From Octopus sinensis (taxonomy: Eukaryota): a stretch of DNA of 64,000 bases. Positions 1 through 12,560 of this stretch are shown one piece after another (within the stretch, counting starts at the first letter, position 1; each line of letters opens with the position of its first letter). The stretch spans positions 54,002,001-54,066,000 of the forward strand of contig NC_042998.1 of the NCBI RefSeq assembly GCF_006345805.1, read 5' to 3'. Made by a program: the position numbers and the translations under genes. Under the pieces are notes generated by a model that worked only from the letters and a program-made list of their open reading frames with translations, had not been told where the DNA came from and did no database searches.

Positions 1-138
1 AGCCTCCAGTGTCATTCTAAAAGTAAACACTCAAATCATTGAAATTACAAAGCTACAAGATAATACATGATTGATTAAAAATAAAATGAACTCAACAATT
101 TGGCAAAAGAGGCAGTCAGAATAAGTACCAGGTTCAAT

Positions 139-244
<106 letters not shown>

Positions 245-643
245 GTGCTTGAGGAGACCTATTAAGTCAAGTACATCAACATCAGAAAATCAAATGGAAA
301 TTGTAGTTGTGATACCTGTGCCAGTGGCACCTAAAATGCACCATCCGAATGTGGCCGATGCTAGCACTGCCTTGACTGGCTTCTGTGCCGGTGGCATGTA
401 AAAAGCACCAACCGATCGTGGCCATTGCCAGCCTCAGCTGGCACCTGTGCTGGTGCATGTAAAAAGCACCCACCACACTCAAGGAGTGGTTGGCATTAGG
501 AAGGGCATCCAGCTGTAGAAACACTGCCAGATCAGACTGGAGCCTGGTGCAGCCTCCTGGCTTCCCAGACCCTGGTTGAACCCTTCAATCCATGCTAGCA
601 TTGAAAACAGACATCAAACGATGATGATGATGATGATGATGAC
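245..643 (+). mobile_element. RTE-family LINE 3' UTR fragment with (GAT)n tail
   Basis: Shares GGTGGCATGTAAAAAGCACC modules, the GTTGGCATTAGGAAGGGCATCCAGCTGTAGAAAC end and the (GAT)n tail with the RTE copies at 25193-28145 and 49649-50645. Confidence 0.8.
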
Positions 644-1092
644 TGAGGTCAATTCATACAACTTAAAGTCGTTGAAGATGGTGCCCCAGCACGACTGCAG
701 TCTAATGACTGAAACAAATAACACGTTAAAAAAATATACACCTTACATTTGAAATAGTAATCTGAATGTAAAAGAGTTAAATGCTTGTGTAGTCTACTCC
801 TGGCTAGTTGGTCAAATTTCTATTTTTTCCCAATCATTTATAGACACATGTAGTTTGTTCATGGTTCATTGACCAATTTTCAGCTCGTTTTGCAAATCTG
901 TCTTCGTAAAAACCATTTGTTATTCAGTTTCTTCATTTTGGGAATCATGTGTATAAGGATACCTCACTGTATGATTTCAGAGTTGTACTTGCTTTCCAAG
1001 TGACTTGATTTGAGACTGTGTATTGGAACTGAATCAATTACATCCTGAAATAGCCATTCTGGTCCAAATAACAACACACAAAACTGTTACAG

Positions 1093-1345
1093 CATCATCA
1101 TCGTCATTATTTAACATCTATTGTCCATGCTAGCATGGTTTAGGTGGTTTGACCAGGGCTAGCAAGTTGAGGGCTACACCAGATCCCAGTCTGATTTGGC
1201 ATGGTTTCTACAGCTGGATGCCCTTCCTAATACCAACAACTCCAAGTGTAATTGGTGCTTTTATGTGCCACTGGCACAGGTGCCAATTGCATGACATCAG
1301 TATCTGCAATGGTTACAATTTCACTTGGCTTGATGAATCTTCTTC
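1093..1345 (-). mobile_element. RTE-family 3' end fragment
   Basis: Reverse-complement copy of the same 3' end, with (CAT)n at the left. Confidence 0.75.
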
Positions 1346-2884
1346 TCAATCACTTGAAATTTATTTCATGTAGTACCAATATCTTTGTTACACAACTGAC
1401 AGCGTGCAACTTCAGGAGTGTTTGTGATCACATTGCAGTTGTACAACTAAATTTTTTTGACACCTCATGAAATGAATTAAGACTGAATGTAACAGTTAAA
1501 TGGCTTGAATGACTCTTCCACAAGATAATTGCTAAATGTAAAATTACATATAAAGATTTAAGATTTAGATAATACTATTTTATATCCTAATGTTAGAAGA
1601 GTTGTATATTTATTTCTCAAATGTTTCTTCATTTGAGTGCAAGTCTTAATCACTAGTATTGGAATTTCTTATTAAACATCTCCTGTAAAAGTTATAAAAG
1701 TCGCTGGAACTCATAAACATAGATTACTCAGTTATAATTTATGCACTAAAAGTTCATTAATATACAGCACAACACTTAAATTAGAATGTATCAGGATAAA
1801 CAAACCACATAATTATTTTCTTACCAAGGTGAAGGTTATTAAAGTGAAATGTCAGTAGTCAGACTTCATAATTGTTCACTAATTTCACTTCGTTTCTGAT
1901 GCATTACTAAAGGAAATTAAAAGATTTCAATGTCTGTCAATTTCTTTTAACTTTACGACCTGAAAGCCATTAAGAACACTTATTTGATCTGACATCTTCC
2001 GAGAAAGAAGGCACAGGAAATGAAGAATTATTCTTGCTGTAAGAATGATGTAAATCAGTTTGGAATATTTCTGGCTATAGAAAACAGAGAGATAAGAAAT
2101 TAAGTACTATGTTTATTGTTAGATGAACTATCTAGAACATTTTCTTATTAATGTGATTGTCTGGAAGTATATGAAAGAATCACAGAATTTGGTGGTTGGT
2201 GCTGAAATTAGTTACACTTTATCAACATATAAAATAACGTGTATTGCTTGACACCCCCACCCTCCCTCACACTTCTCACAAAACCCAAATCAAAATTTTT
2301 ATCTCTCCAGCCCTACCCTCACCATTTTCATTGAAATCATTGCCATCGCTCTTTGTAACCTTAGCCACAACTACTACCACTACTATCATTAGTATTATCA
2401 ATAACACCACCACCATTACCATTATTATCATCAAGCATAATTGCAAAGATGTGAGTTAACTATTTTGTACTTTGTTATCATTCGGCTACTCATCATCATC
2501 ATCATGAATATTTTACATGTTTTTTTCATATTTGCTTAAATTAGATGGGTCTAATTTATTTCACGTTGCTCCACTTTACTCATATGTAGAAATCTATTGC
2601 AACGTCACTGGTGCCAAGCTGTATCAGCTTTTGCTTTTCTCTTGAATAACATTGGTGGCACTCATTCATAACAGATGTTATCTCAGGACAAATACTGTGG
2701 CAACTGGCCTATCAACAGTGTATATACACTAAGTATAATTCATAGAGGGATATCTTAATTAAATACACCCTCAACTGCTAGGGTTAAAAGTTTCAAATAG
2801 TTTATTGTTTTCCTGTATTATGTGTACAAAGCAGTACAGACTGCTAAAAATTCAATTAATAATTTCTAAATATTATTTTCAAAT

Positions 2885-3088
2885 TTTGGTACAAGGCCAG
2901 CTATCTTAGAAAGAGAATAAGTCAATTATATTGACTCCAATGCTCAGCTGATTCATATTTTATCAACCCTAGAAGGATGAAAGCAAAGTTGACCTCAACA
3001 GAATTTGAACTCAGAACATAAAGACAGACAAAACGCTGCTAGGCATTTGGCCTAGCATGTTAACAATTCTGCCATCTCACTGCCTTAT
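2885..3088 (-). mobile_element. tRNA-derived SINE, family B
   Basis: Reverse complement of AAGGCAGTGAGATGGCAGAAT...GAGTTCAAATTC...CTTTCATCC, as in the other family B copies. Confidence 0.75.
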
Positions 3089-4039
3089 AAATTCTAAATA
3101 TTAGTTATTTATTACGAAATGTGATAAACTGATGGTGAACTGCAGTAATCATTTATGCAGCATCAATATCATCTATAAGAACTAAATGCTCAAAACAGTG
3201 GAATCAGCTCTTTTGAGTTGCTACATGAATCACTGTCTCTATATAGCACTATACATTCTCAGTTAACATGTATTCACTATCTTACAAGTTCATGTTCCTC
3301 ATGCAACAGATTATATTTATCTCCTGCTTGTCCAGCAATATCTGTTTTTCCAACATTATTGCTTATGTTTGACTACCATGTATCATGTTATAGCTGTTTT
3401 TTTTCTTTTTTCTACAATGCATCCAAAGTTTTTCACGGTGAGAGCAATTCATTTGTTCATTTGCTATTATCAACTTTTGTCCACAGCACTATATTATTGT
3501 CTATCTTTCCTCAACATTAAATATGGTTCCTAAGTGACAGTTCATACATTATCTTTCCAGAGAAATTCTATTTTCTTCTCGCCTTGGTTGCTCACATCCT
3601 TTGTTTCACTCATGCATATGGCATTTTGTAAAATATTGATTTCCTATCTGTCTACCTCTGGTACCAATATACTCTTTATTTCCCTGCCATTTGGACAGCT
3701 CACTAATATCAAATGAGTTTTCTTTTTCTCTTTTTCATAAATAATAAACATGTCTACTCCTCAGATAATGTTATATTTTAAATATCTTAGTTTTACTAGT
3801 TTATTTTCAATTCCCTAAATTTAACCCATTTCAGACAATTAATTTGAAATTGTCTCTAGTTTTATGATACAATACTTCCTATTTGAAAGTGTTCATAGAT
3901 ACAGACATGGTTGTGTGGTAAGAAGCTTGCTTCCCAACCATATGGTTCCGGGCTCAGTCCCACTTCATGGCATCTTGGACAAGTGTCTTCTACTATAGCC
4001 TTGAGCTGATCAAAGCCCTCTGGAAGTTCTTCAGAATAA

Positions 4040-4795
4040 TTTTCCAGCCAGAATTTGATTGCTTCTATTCTATAGTAGTGTGGGATATTGGAGTATAGAT
4101 TTACAACAATTTACAACAGGAAATCATGATGGTCTATTCATTAATTGTTTTAAGTAGGTGGTTTAGCATATTTAGATCGAATGTAATGAAACTTCTGATA
4201 TATTTCAAAAGAGGTTTCTAGAATGCTGCTTAGGTAGTGGATTTCATTTGCCAGGCCTACAATAATGGGTCTGAACTTTAAATCTTCAGGTGCTTGGATA
4301 TTGATCTATATGCCTGGTGATTGTTTGCAGGCTTCATTAATTACCTGGCTTTTGTGTATTTTAGGTAGGCCATAGAAAGGACTAGGTTTACATTTAAAAT
4401 TTGTGATATAATCTATTTCTTTTTCTGTCAGACCTTTTCCATGTAGATGAATTAAGGATGCAAGATATTTCCTTGTTTATAGTTTTGAAAACTTTCGTAG
4501 AAGGTAGCGTTTTCTAACATGGGCAATAATAGGTTTTTATAGTATTCTGCATTCATCAGAACTACAGCACTTCCTTTGTTGATTTCTATGATTGTCAGTT
4601 CTTTGTTGTTTTGCACTTCAATTAGATTTTACTATTCTATATTGTGGAGGTTTGAGTTAATTCTTTGCTTGTGTAAAGCCTTCAGGAAATTGTTGATATG
4701 ACTGCAAAGTCACTTAGTGTTTTATTCCTACCTTTAAATGGAAGATAACTGCTTTTGTTTTTGACCAGTGATTCATCTTCGTTGATGTAGTTAAA
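4040..4795 (-). mobile_element. Penelope-like element RT relic (N-terminal part)
   Basis: Manual translation gives EKEIDYITNFKCKPSPFYGLPKIHK...LKFRPIIVG, the FYGLPKIHK/RPII signature of PLE RTs; several stops. Confidence 0.75.
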
Positions 4796-4799
4796 AAAT

Positions 4800-5340
4800 T
4801 CACTCTACCCATCTATAGGCATAAATTTTGCTGTAGAGAAATGCATAGAGATAATCTGTGAGAATGAAGTAGAGTTCTGGGAAGTCAACACGAGGGAACT
4901 GGGCCTCTTCCTTTGACTAAGCTATGACAGTGACTATTTAGACCATGACCTCAGTAGATCCTGCCCCACCAGGTCACAGAGAGGAAGACCACCCACTATC
5001 ATCTCAGCAGTGAAGGAAAGCACTGCAGAGTGCTGGAGTGGCTCAACTGTACCAACCAAAGACTCCCAAAGCAACAATCAGGTTAAAGGAAGGATTGCAC
5101 ATGCAATAGGGGCTAGCATAAGAACCACCTTGAAGAAAGACATAGTAAAGTTTAACAAAAAACTATACATGCAGGTTCAAGGTGCAGCCATTGGTGTCAG
5201 TGTAGCTGGAGATGTTGCTGGCCTCTTCATTTACATGGTGGGACAGAAAACTTAAGCAACCCTTAGCAGAACAGTCCACAACTCTTCTACTTTACAGTAG
5301 GTATGTATACATTAATATCCTAGTTAAGACCAACTCTAGT
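4800..5340 (+). mobile_element. Penelope-like element RT relic (catalytic region)
   Basis: SLYPSI, KFNKKLYMQVQGAAIGVSVAGDVA and YSRYV (degenerate RYVDD) motifs across frameshifts (ORFs 5010..5255 and 5212..5562). Confidence 0.7.
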
Positions 5341-5430
5341 AATGATAATGTAGAATCTGTGAGGAACAAACGAAATATATATATATATTTGTTTGCAAAA
5401 GTTGAGTGTGTGAATGTGTGTGTATATGTG

Positions 5431-5469
<39 letters not shown>

Positions 5470-5651
5470 TTTGTAGAAAACATAAATCTGGAGAAGAAGC
5501 AAGCTCTAAGATGTAGAGCAGTATTTATATACATACATATATATATATATAAGAGTAGTTGAATGAATTATCTTATTATGGATAATTATCGCTATGGGCT
5601 CCGTGTGGGCAGTCATCTAAAAGTTTTTGTGCATCTTGATGCTGACATAAG

Positions 5652-5750
5652 TTCCTTGTTTTTCCTGATGAGAAGGCGGCATAATGCACCCCTTATTCCT
5701 TCTAAATTAGGAATTTGCAGCCTTCGAAACATATGTTGAAAATAAAGGAA
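5652..5750 (+). ncRNA. Type I hammerhead ribozyme-like motif
   Basis: TTTTC-CTGATGA(5665)-GAAGGC...GCCTTC-GAAA(5726)-CATATG-TT-GAAAA; stems I and II pair; stem III is the palindrome ACATATGT; cleavage triplet GUU. Confidence 0.75.
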
Positions 5751-5787
5751 TTTTGTTAATTCGTCGTTCAACTCCATTCTTTCTTTC

Positions 5788-5826
<39 letters not shown>

Positions 5827-6521
5827 TATATATATATATATATATATACATGCATACATGTGTGTGTGTGTGTGCTTGTGAGACTGATAGGATAAAGCTT
5901 CAGGCTTAAAGTAAAACAAAAATCTAAGTACTGGGGTTGATTCCTTTGACTAAAAATTCTTCATGCTGTTGCCCCAGCAGGAGTGCAGTTTAATAACTGA
6001 AACAAGTAAAAGACAAAAAAATAGAAGATATTTAATTTAAAACCTCCCATCATAATCTTATGTAATAACATTTTTTTAAAGTTGTTTCAAACTCCAACTT
6101 AATAATAAAGTTTGTTCCCTAAATTCCACCAAATTCTTGATTATTTTCAATATTAATAAAAAATATATTGCATATTTCATCAGAAATATAGTTTCAAATG
6201 GTTAAGGCATTTTTCAATTTTTCTAAAATGAATTGTGGAATTGTGGATGTATTCTGCAATAGGAATGAAGTTGGTGATACCAGAAAATTACTAAAGAGTG
6301 TCCAATCCTGAATTCTATCATAGCAGTTTCAATGTCAAAGAAAGATTTGAATCTCAGACTTCTTATCATAAATTTCTAACAAGACAAAAGTACATTTTTT
6401 TAAAGCCTGGTACTTATCTCAATCTCTTTTGCCAAACCACGAAGTTATTGGGAGGTAAACACATGAACACCAGTTAAATGGTGATGGCACACAAACACAA
6501 AGATACACAGAGGTATGTGTA

Positions 6522-6554
<33 letters not shown>

Positions 6555-6622
6555 TTCGTTTGTAGAAAGCATAAATCTGCAGAAGAAGCAAACTCTAAGA
6601 TGTAGAGCAGTATATATATATA

Positions 6623-6812
6623 TAGTTAATCCAAACATTAACAAGCAAGAAAAAACAACAACGCGAGGATGTGGAATAAGTACAGTGTTATTGGATGTCC
6701 AGGAAAGGTAAGGAAAGAAAGAGGATTTCACGTTTCTAGTGGAGCTCTTCATCAGAAATATAGAAAAATTTCAAAGAAGGGAAGACGGAGATAGAAAATT
6801 GCCAATGATACA
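6623..6812 (-). mobile_element. Short (TA)n-embedded element with degenerate minimal hammerhead
   Basis: Homologous to 10432-10643; minus strand TTT-CTGATGA-AGAGCTCCACTA-GAAA-CGTG-AAA. Confidence 0.55.
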
Positions 6813-7658
6813 CACACACACAACAGTTTCCATCTACCAAATCTGCTCACTTGGCTTTTGGTCAGCCAAAAGTGCCATGCAGTGGGACTGAATCTGAAAC
6901 CATATGGCTGGGAAGCAAGCTTCTTGCCACACAGCCATGCCTTCAACAAATACAAAAAATTATTAGATTATTATTTTCTTACATATTTCTTTTATCAGAA
7001 ACAGAATGTTCTTAATCTCCATATAAAATCGAAATTCCATTAAGTTCATTTTGTAACTATGTGGTTTCATGTTCAGTCCCACTGCACAGCACCCCAGTTA
7101 AATGTCAGCTCTGAGCTGACTAATGCCTTGTGAGAAAATTTAGTACATGGAAACTGTGTGGAAATTCATTGTATATAAATGTATGTGGGCATGCGGGCAT
7201 GCATGCGTGTATCCATGTGAGTGTGTGTGTGGTACCCCACCACCACCACCACTTGACTATTTGACAAGTACTGTTTTGATTATGTCTCTGTGACTTAGTA
7301 AATTCAGCAAAAGACTAACAGAATAAGTAATGGGAGTGCTTCTTTGGACTAAACCCTCCAAAGCAGTGCCCCAGCATGGCTGTAGTCCAATGACTTAAAC
7401 AAGTAAAAGATGACTTTTTGCAGTTTCATTATATATTTTATTCTGTTCATCTCCATCATCATCATTTAACTTTCGATGCTGGCATGGGTTAGACAATTTA
7501 GACTGGAACTGGTAAGGCAGAGGGCTGCACCAGATTCAAGCCTGATTTGGCATGGTTTCTACAGCTGGATGTCCTTCCTAACACCAACCACTCCGAGAGT
7601 GTAATGGGTGCTTCTCTACTTTAATTCTCTCTGAAGTCTCACTAAAGTTTTTAGTAGT

Positions 7659-7937
7659 TACTCTCATGAAAGTTTGATTCATCATCATCATCATCGTTTA
7701 ACGTCCGTTCTCCATGCTAGCATGGGTTGGACGGTTCTACCGGGGATCTGGGAAGCCAGAAGGCTGCACCAGGCTCCAGTCTTATCCAGCTGTAGAAACA
7801 TTGCCAGATAAGACTGGAGCCTGGTGCAGCCTTCTGGCTTCCCAGATTCCCGGTCGAACCGTCCAACCCATGCTAGCATGGAGAACGGACGTTAAACGAT
7901 GATGATGATGATGATGAATCAAACTTTCATGAGAGTA
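7659..7937. repeat. Near-perfect inverted repeat of an RTE 3' end plus flank
   Basis: Arms 7659-7786 and 7807-7937 with a 20-nt loop; they differ by 2 substitutions and one GAT unit. Confidence 0.95.
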
Positions 7938-9261
7938 GTGAAAGGCAGATTTGGAAGGTCAAATAATAACATCAAAAAATACCGTAGGCTTTTATATTCT
8001 GAGTTTCAATTCTATTGAGATCAACCTTACCTTTCATTCTTCTGGGGTCAATAAAATACAATACCGGTCAAGTACTGGAGTTAATTTAATATATATAATT
8101 TACCTCTTCCCCTAAACTTGTAGCTATGTGCTTTATTAGAAATAGTATTTTTATAATTTATATAAAGGATTAATTTCACATTTCATTTTCACAAGGTTCA
8201 TGAAAAATAGTTATAGAAGTGGTATAGGTACAGGCATAGCGGTGTGGCAAGAATTTTGTTTCCCAACATGGTTCTGGGTTCAATCCTACAGGGTAGGTGC
8301 CCACTGCTATACTCTGGGGTAACCAAAGCCTTGCAAGGAGATTTGGTAGAGAGAAACTGAAAGAAGCTTGTTGTATGTATATGCGTATGTGACTGTGCAT
8401 TTGTGTGTGCATGTCACTGTCTCCTTGTCATCTCACCATGTGATAGTTATAAACAAATGTCACCATCGCAAAAGCATTGATCTCCGTTCCCAATCTTTCT
8501 ATGAAAATATGTCTGAATATGGGGAAATATTACCTTACTTGGAAACAGGTGAGGGTTGATGACAGAAAGAGCATCCAGCCATAGAAAATCTATCTCAACA
8601 AAGTTCTGTATGATCCATGCAAACATCAAAAAGTGGATGTTAAAACAATGATGATGACAAATGAAAAATGTACCAATGATATTTTGTAAATTAATTTAAT
8701 CAACCATAAATCTTTCCAATGAATTGTTTGACCTAACGATAACATAAGAAATTAATCATTTCACTTTTGTGATTTTGCTAAGTACAAAGGAGACATCATT
8801 CTACAATATATTTTATCCTGAAAGTACTTTGATTATGATTTTAATTTCTAATTTTTACAGTATTTGTCTTCTACTTGCTTTAGTCATTGGACTATGGCAA
8901 TGCTGGGGCACCATCTTGAAGGCTTTTGTCAAGCAAATTAACCCCACTACTTATTCTTAAAGTCTATCAGAATATTTTGCTGAACCACCAAGTTATGGGG
9001 ACATAAACAAACCAATACCAGCTGTCAAGTGGTGGTAGGGACAAACACAAAGAAATACACAGACACACACACATATATATATATATACATATGTATATAC
9101 AGTTTTATATAGTATCAACAGGTGAGATCCAGAGAAGAAGTGAAGAAAAGGCACTCCATGTAAATTTATTTTGTAAATATATAAATATCTGCAATGCTTA
9201 TAAATGAGTTTCCATCTGAATATTTTCAGTTTCTATCTCCCAAAATATATATATATATATA

Positions 9262-9880
9262 AAATGCTTTTAAGGAATTTAGATCCTCCTAAATTATGCA
9301 TTGGTACAGGGTTGATTGTGAAGACGTTATCACCTAATGTGACAGAAGCTGCCATCATCACTGGATGTGCCACTGGGGAAGAGGTTTTCATTCCATGAAT
9401 TCCAATCAAAACAACAGATATGCCATTTGAGTTCAAACAAACACAATTCACAGTACAACTTTGCTTTGCAATGTCTATTAATAAAGCTCAAGGTTAGTCT
9501 TTGAAATCTACTGGTCTGCTTTTCTCATGGTCAACTTTATGTTGGTTGCTCCAGGGTAGGTAGTTTGCAAGACTCATTTGTCTAAGCTCCAAACCAGAAA
9601 ACACAGAATGTTGTTTACCCAGAAGCTCTTACGTAATTTCCTTCAACATATGTGGTAGAATTTCCTTTCATAAAAGTGGTAAATTTTGTATCTTTGTTTA
9701 TTATTATTATTTTGTATTATGAATTCAGAATTGATTTCCCAATTAAAGAATAAATTATATCATAATTGAAGAATAAATTGAATTTAAAATAACAAATTTC
9801 TATACTATATATTTCACATTTTTCTTCAAACATGTAAGGAAATATTTCATTCCCAGACAACATGGGGTGCCTCTGCTACT
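9262..9880 (+). mobile_element. Helitron 3' fragment (Pif1-like helicase C-terminus and 3' terminus)
   Basis: MLLRNLDPPKLCIGT...FAMSINKAQG...FSHGQLYVGCSRVG; ends in CCCAGACAACATGGGG...CTACT, a degenerate hairpin plus CTRR terminus. Confidence 0.85.
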
Positions 9881-10431
9881 ATTATATATATATATATATA
9901 CTCAATACAAGGGCAACCAATTCACGAGAAAAAATAATTCCTGAAAAATTAATTTGCTAAGATATTATTAATTTTGTTATTATCTGGTATGATTATTTCA
10001 AAAAATGATAATAACAGAATCAATAATATTATTGATTCTGTTATTATCATTTTTTAAAATAATCATACCAGATAATGAAATAGTCATACCAGAGTATTTC
10101 CTCATTGGTGGCTGTAATTGATTTTGACACAAAACGAATCAGTTACAGTGCAAACTTCAATACAATAGGTTGGGGGTCTCTATCATGGTAACATGTGCTG
10201 AAGAAGCTAAGGCAAATTTTTTGCAAGTGCAGAGACCAGGCCACTTGAGCCCAAATACTTAAATGTACATTAGAAGGTGTAATTAACCTGATCCTCAATC
10301 TGTTGATTTCTGTAGTTATCATCAGTGTATTTTTGGCGATTTAAATAAGAGTTTTGACTGTTATTTCCAGCTTGTAGACATACTTAGTATGTCCTTTGAT
10401 TAATTTTAATCCTTCAACTATATATATATAT

Positions 10432-10643
10432 AAAGTTAATCCAAACATGAAAACACTAAGAGAAAACACAACAACGCGAGGACGTGGAACAAATATAGTA
10501 TTATTGGACGTTGAGGAAGGAAGGGAAGAAGGAGGGTTTTACATTTCGAGTGGAGCTCTTAGTCAGAAGCATAGGAAAAGGAAAGATCCTGAGAAGGGAA
10601 GACGGAGGAAAAAAAATCGCCAACGGTACATACACGGTCACAT
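10432..10643 (-). mobile_element. Short (TA)n-embedded element with degenerate minimal hammerhead
   Basis: Second copy of 6623-6812; minus strand CTGACTA-AGAGCTCCACTC-GAAA-TGTA-AAA. Confidence 0.55.
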
Positions 10644-11070
10644 TTGAGCGCTAAGAGCACCATTCGTGCGTGATTGTTGCCAGAGCGGCTAACTGGCTTC
10701 TGTGCCGGTACCACATAAAAAGCACCATTTGAGCGTGATCGCTGCAAGCGTCGCCTTACTGGCACATGGAAAAACATTTGAGCGAGGTCATTGCCAGTGC
10801 CACTGGACTGGCTCCTGTACAGGTGGCATGTAAAAAAACACCATTTGAGCATGGCCATTGCCAGTACTGCCTGACTGGCCCTCATGCTGGTGGCACATAA
10901 AAGTACCCACTACACTCTAGGAGTGGTTGGTGTTAGAAAGGGCATCCAGCTGTAGAACCTCTGCCAGATCAAGATTGGAGCCTGGTGCCGCCATCTGGTT
11001 CACCAGTCCCCAGTCAAATCATCCAACCCATGCTAGCATGGAAAGCGGACGTTAGACAATGATAATGATG
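10644..11070 (+). mobile_element. RTE-family 3' UTR fragment
   Basis: Modular 3' UTR, conserved end and GAT tail; close to 40290-40735. Confidence 0.8.
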
Positions 11071-12189
11071 ATATATATCAGCATTGCTCAGGTGTTATGA
11101 CCTACAGCTATATACAATAATACAGCTATATTGTATTATTTGTTCTTTTCTTATGGGCAGAATCAGCACAGCTGATATATAGTGAACTGAATTACTGGCA
11201 TAATGGAAGTTATTGTTTGTTTAAAAGTGAAGCATAGAAGGTACAATTTGCATGGGTTTGCATGAAAGTGATTTCTGTTCTTAAGAAGGATAACAAACTA
11301 TGTATTGCTTCATCTTATAAATTGGAGGTTAATACAATTTTTCCCCAAAATCACATTTTCAAAATTTTAGTTTCCCCCATCCCCAACGCAATTTCTTAAT
11401 TTGTATTTTTTTTATTAATTTCTATTTTTTTTATCCATATAGAAAAATACAGAGATTATGAATCTGGAAAATATATTTTTTAAAGTTTAATTTTTCTTAA
11501 AGAAAGAAACACTAAATGTTTCTTCCCCCACCTCACACACCAATCACCTACCCACTTTCAAAAAGCTAAAAACACCTAATGTTTCACTTTCATCTGATGT
11601 TTCACACATGCGTATAAAAATATTAGAGTACCACCAGAAAACCTGACATGCTAGAAACAACAGGTTAACGACATTATTTCTGAAGAAACTTCCCCACTTT
11701 CCAAAAAGTAAAAAGTGAATCATTGGGAGTTTGTAGCTTTTTGAAAGTCATGAGGTGATGGGTGGATGTTTGGGAAGGAGATTTTAGTGTTTCTTTAAGA
11801 AAAAGAAAGAAGAAAATTCTTCAAAATTTGTACTCAGTTTTTTCGTCGTGGATTACCAAGAAAATAATCTAGAAAAAGTAAAAAAATGAAGAAACTGAGA
11901 TGGGGAGGGAGAAAATTAAAATATTGAGAATATGGTTTTTTGGATGAAATTTTAATCTCTTGTATTGAAAACATAGGAATCAGAAGAAATTTAAGAAAAA
12001 ATTGGTGGTGAGCAGGGTCAAATGTCACCAGGGACATACTAGAAACACAAGGTAAAGGACAGGTATTCTGGGAGAACTTCTTTTTGAATTTATACCAAAG
12101 ATTAGGTTTTTAACTACACTCATCACAAACATGAATTACAGAATAGAAAAAGGTGATTTCAATTGGATTTCAGCTGTAATTTTGCTCAT

Positions 12190-12525
12190 ACACATAGCAA
12201 GAAATAACATAATTCATACAGAAGTTTTACCTGGAGTGTGTGTGTGTGTGTGTGTGTGTGTGCATGCCTGCATGTGTGCCAAAGGAAATTATTTTATGGC
12301 GTTCTTTCGTTTGAAGCAGTAAAGTTATCAACTTGATCATAAGCTCGATCATATGGGATCATATGATTGTTCGTTAATTTCTGTAAAACGTTTTAGTACT
12401 TTATGCTTTGAAGAGGGCAGAAATTGAAAGAGAGGAGAAAGTGAAAGGTTACATTTGCTTTGAAGTGAGAGCAGAAAGTGAAAGAGAGCAGAAAGTGAAA
12501 GATGTATGTATATTTATATGAAATG

Positions 12526-12560
<35 letters not shown>

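Noticed and set aside
10285-10330. Hammerhead from minus-strand CTGATGA...GAAA
   Set aside because: Stems I and II do not pair.
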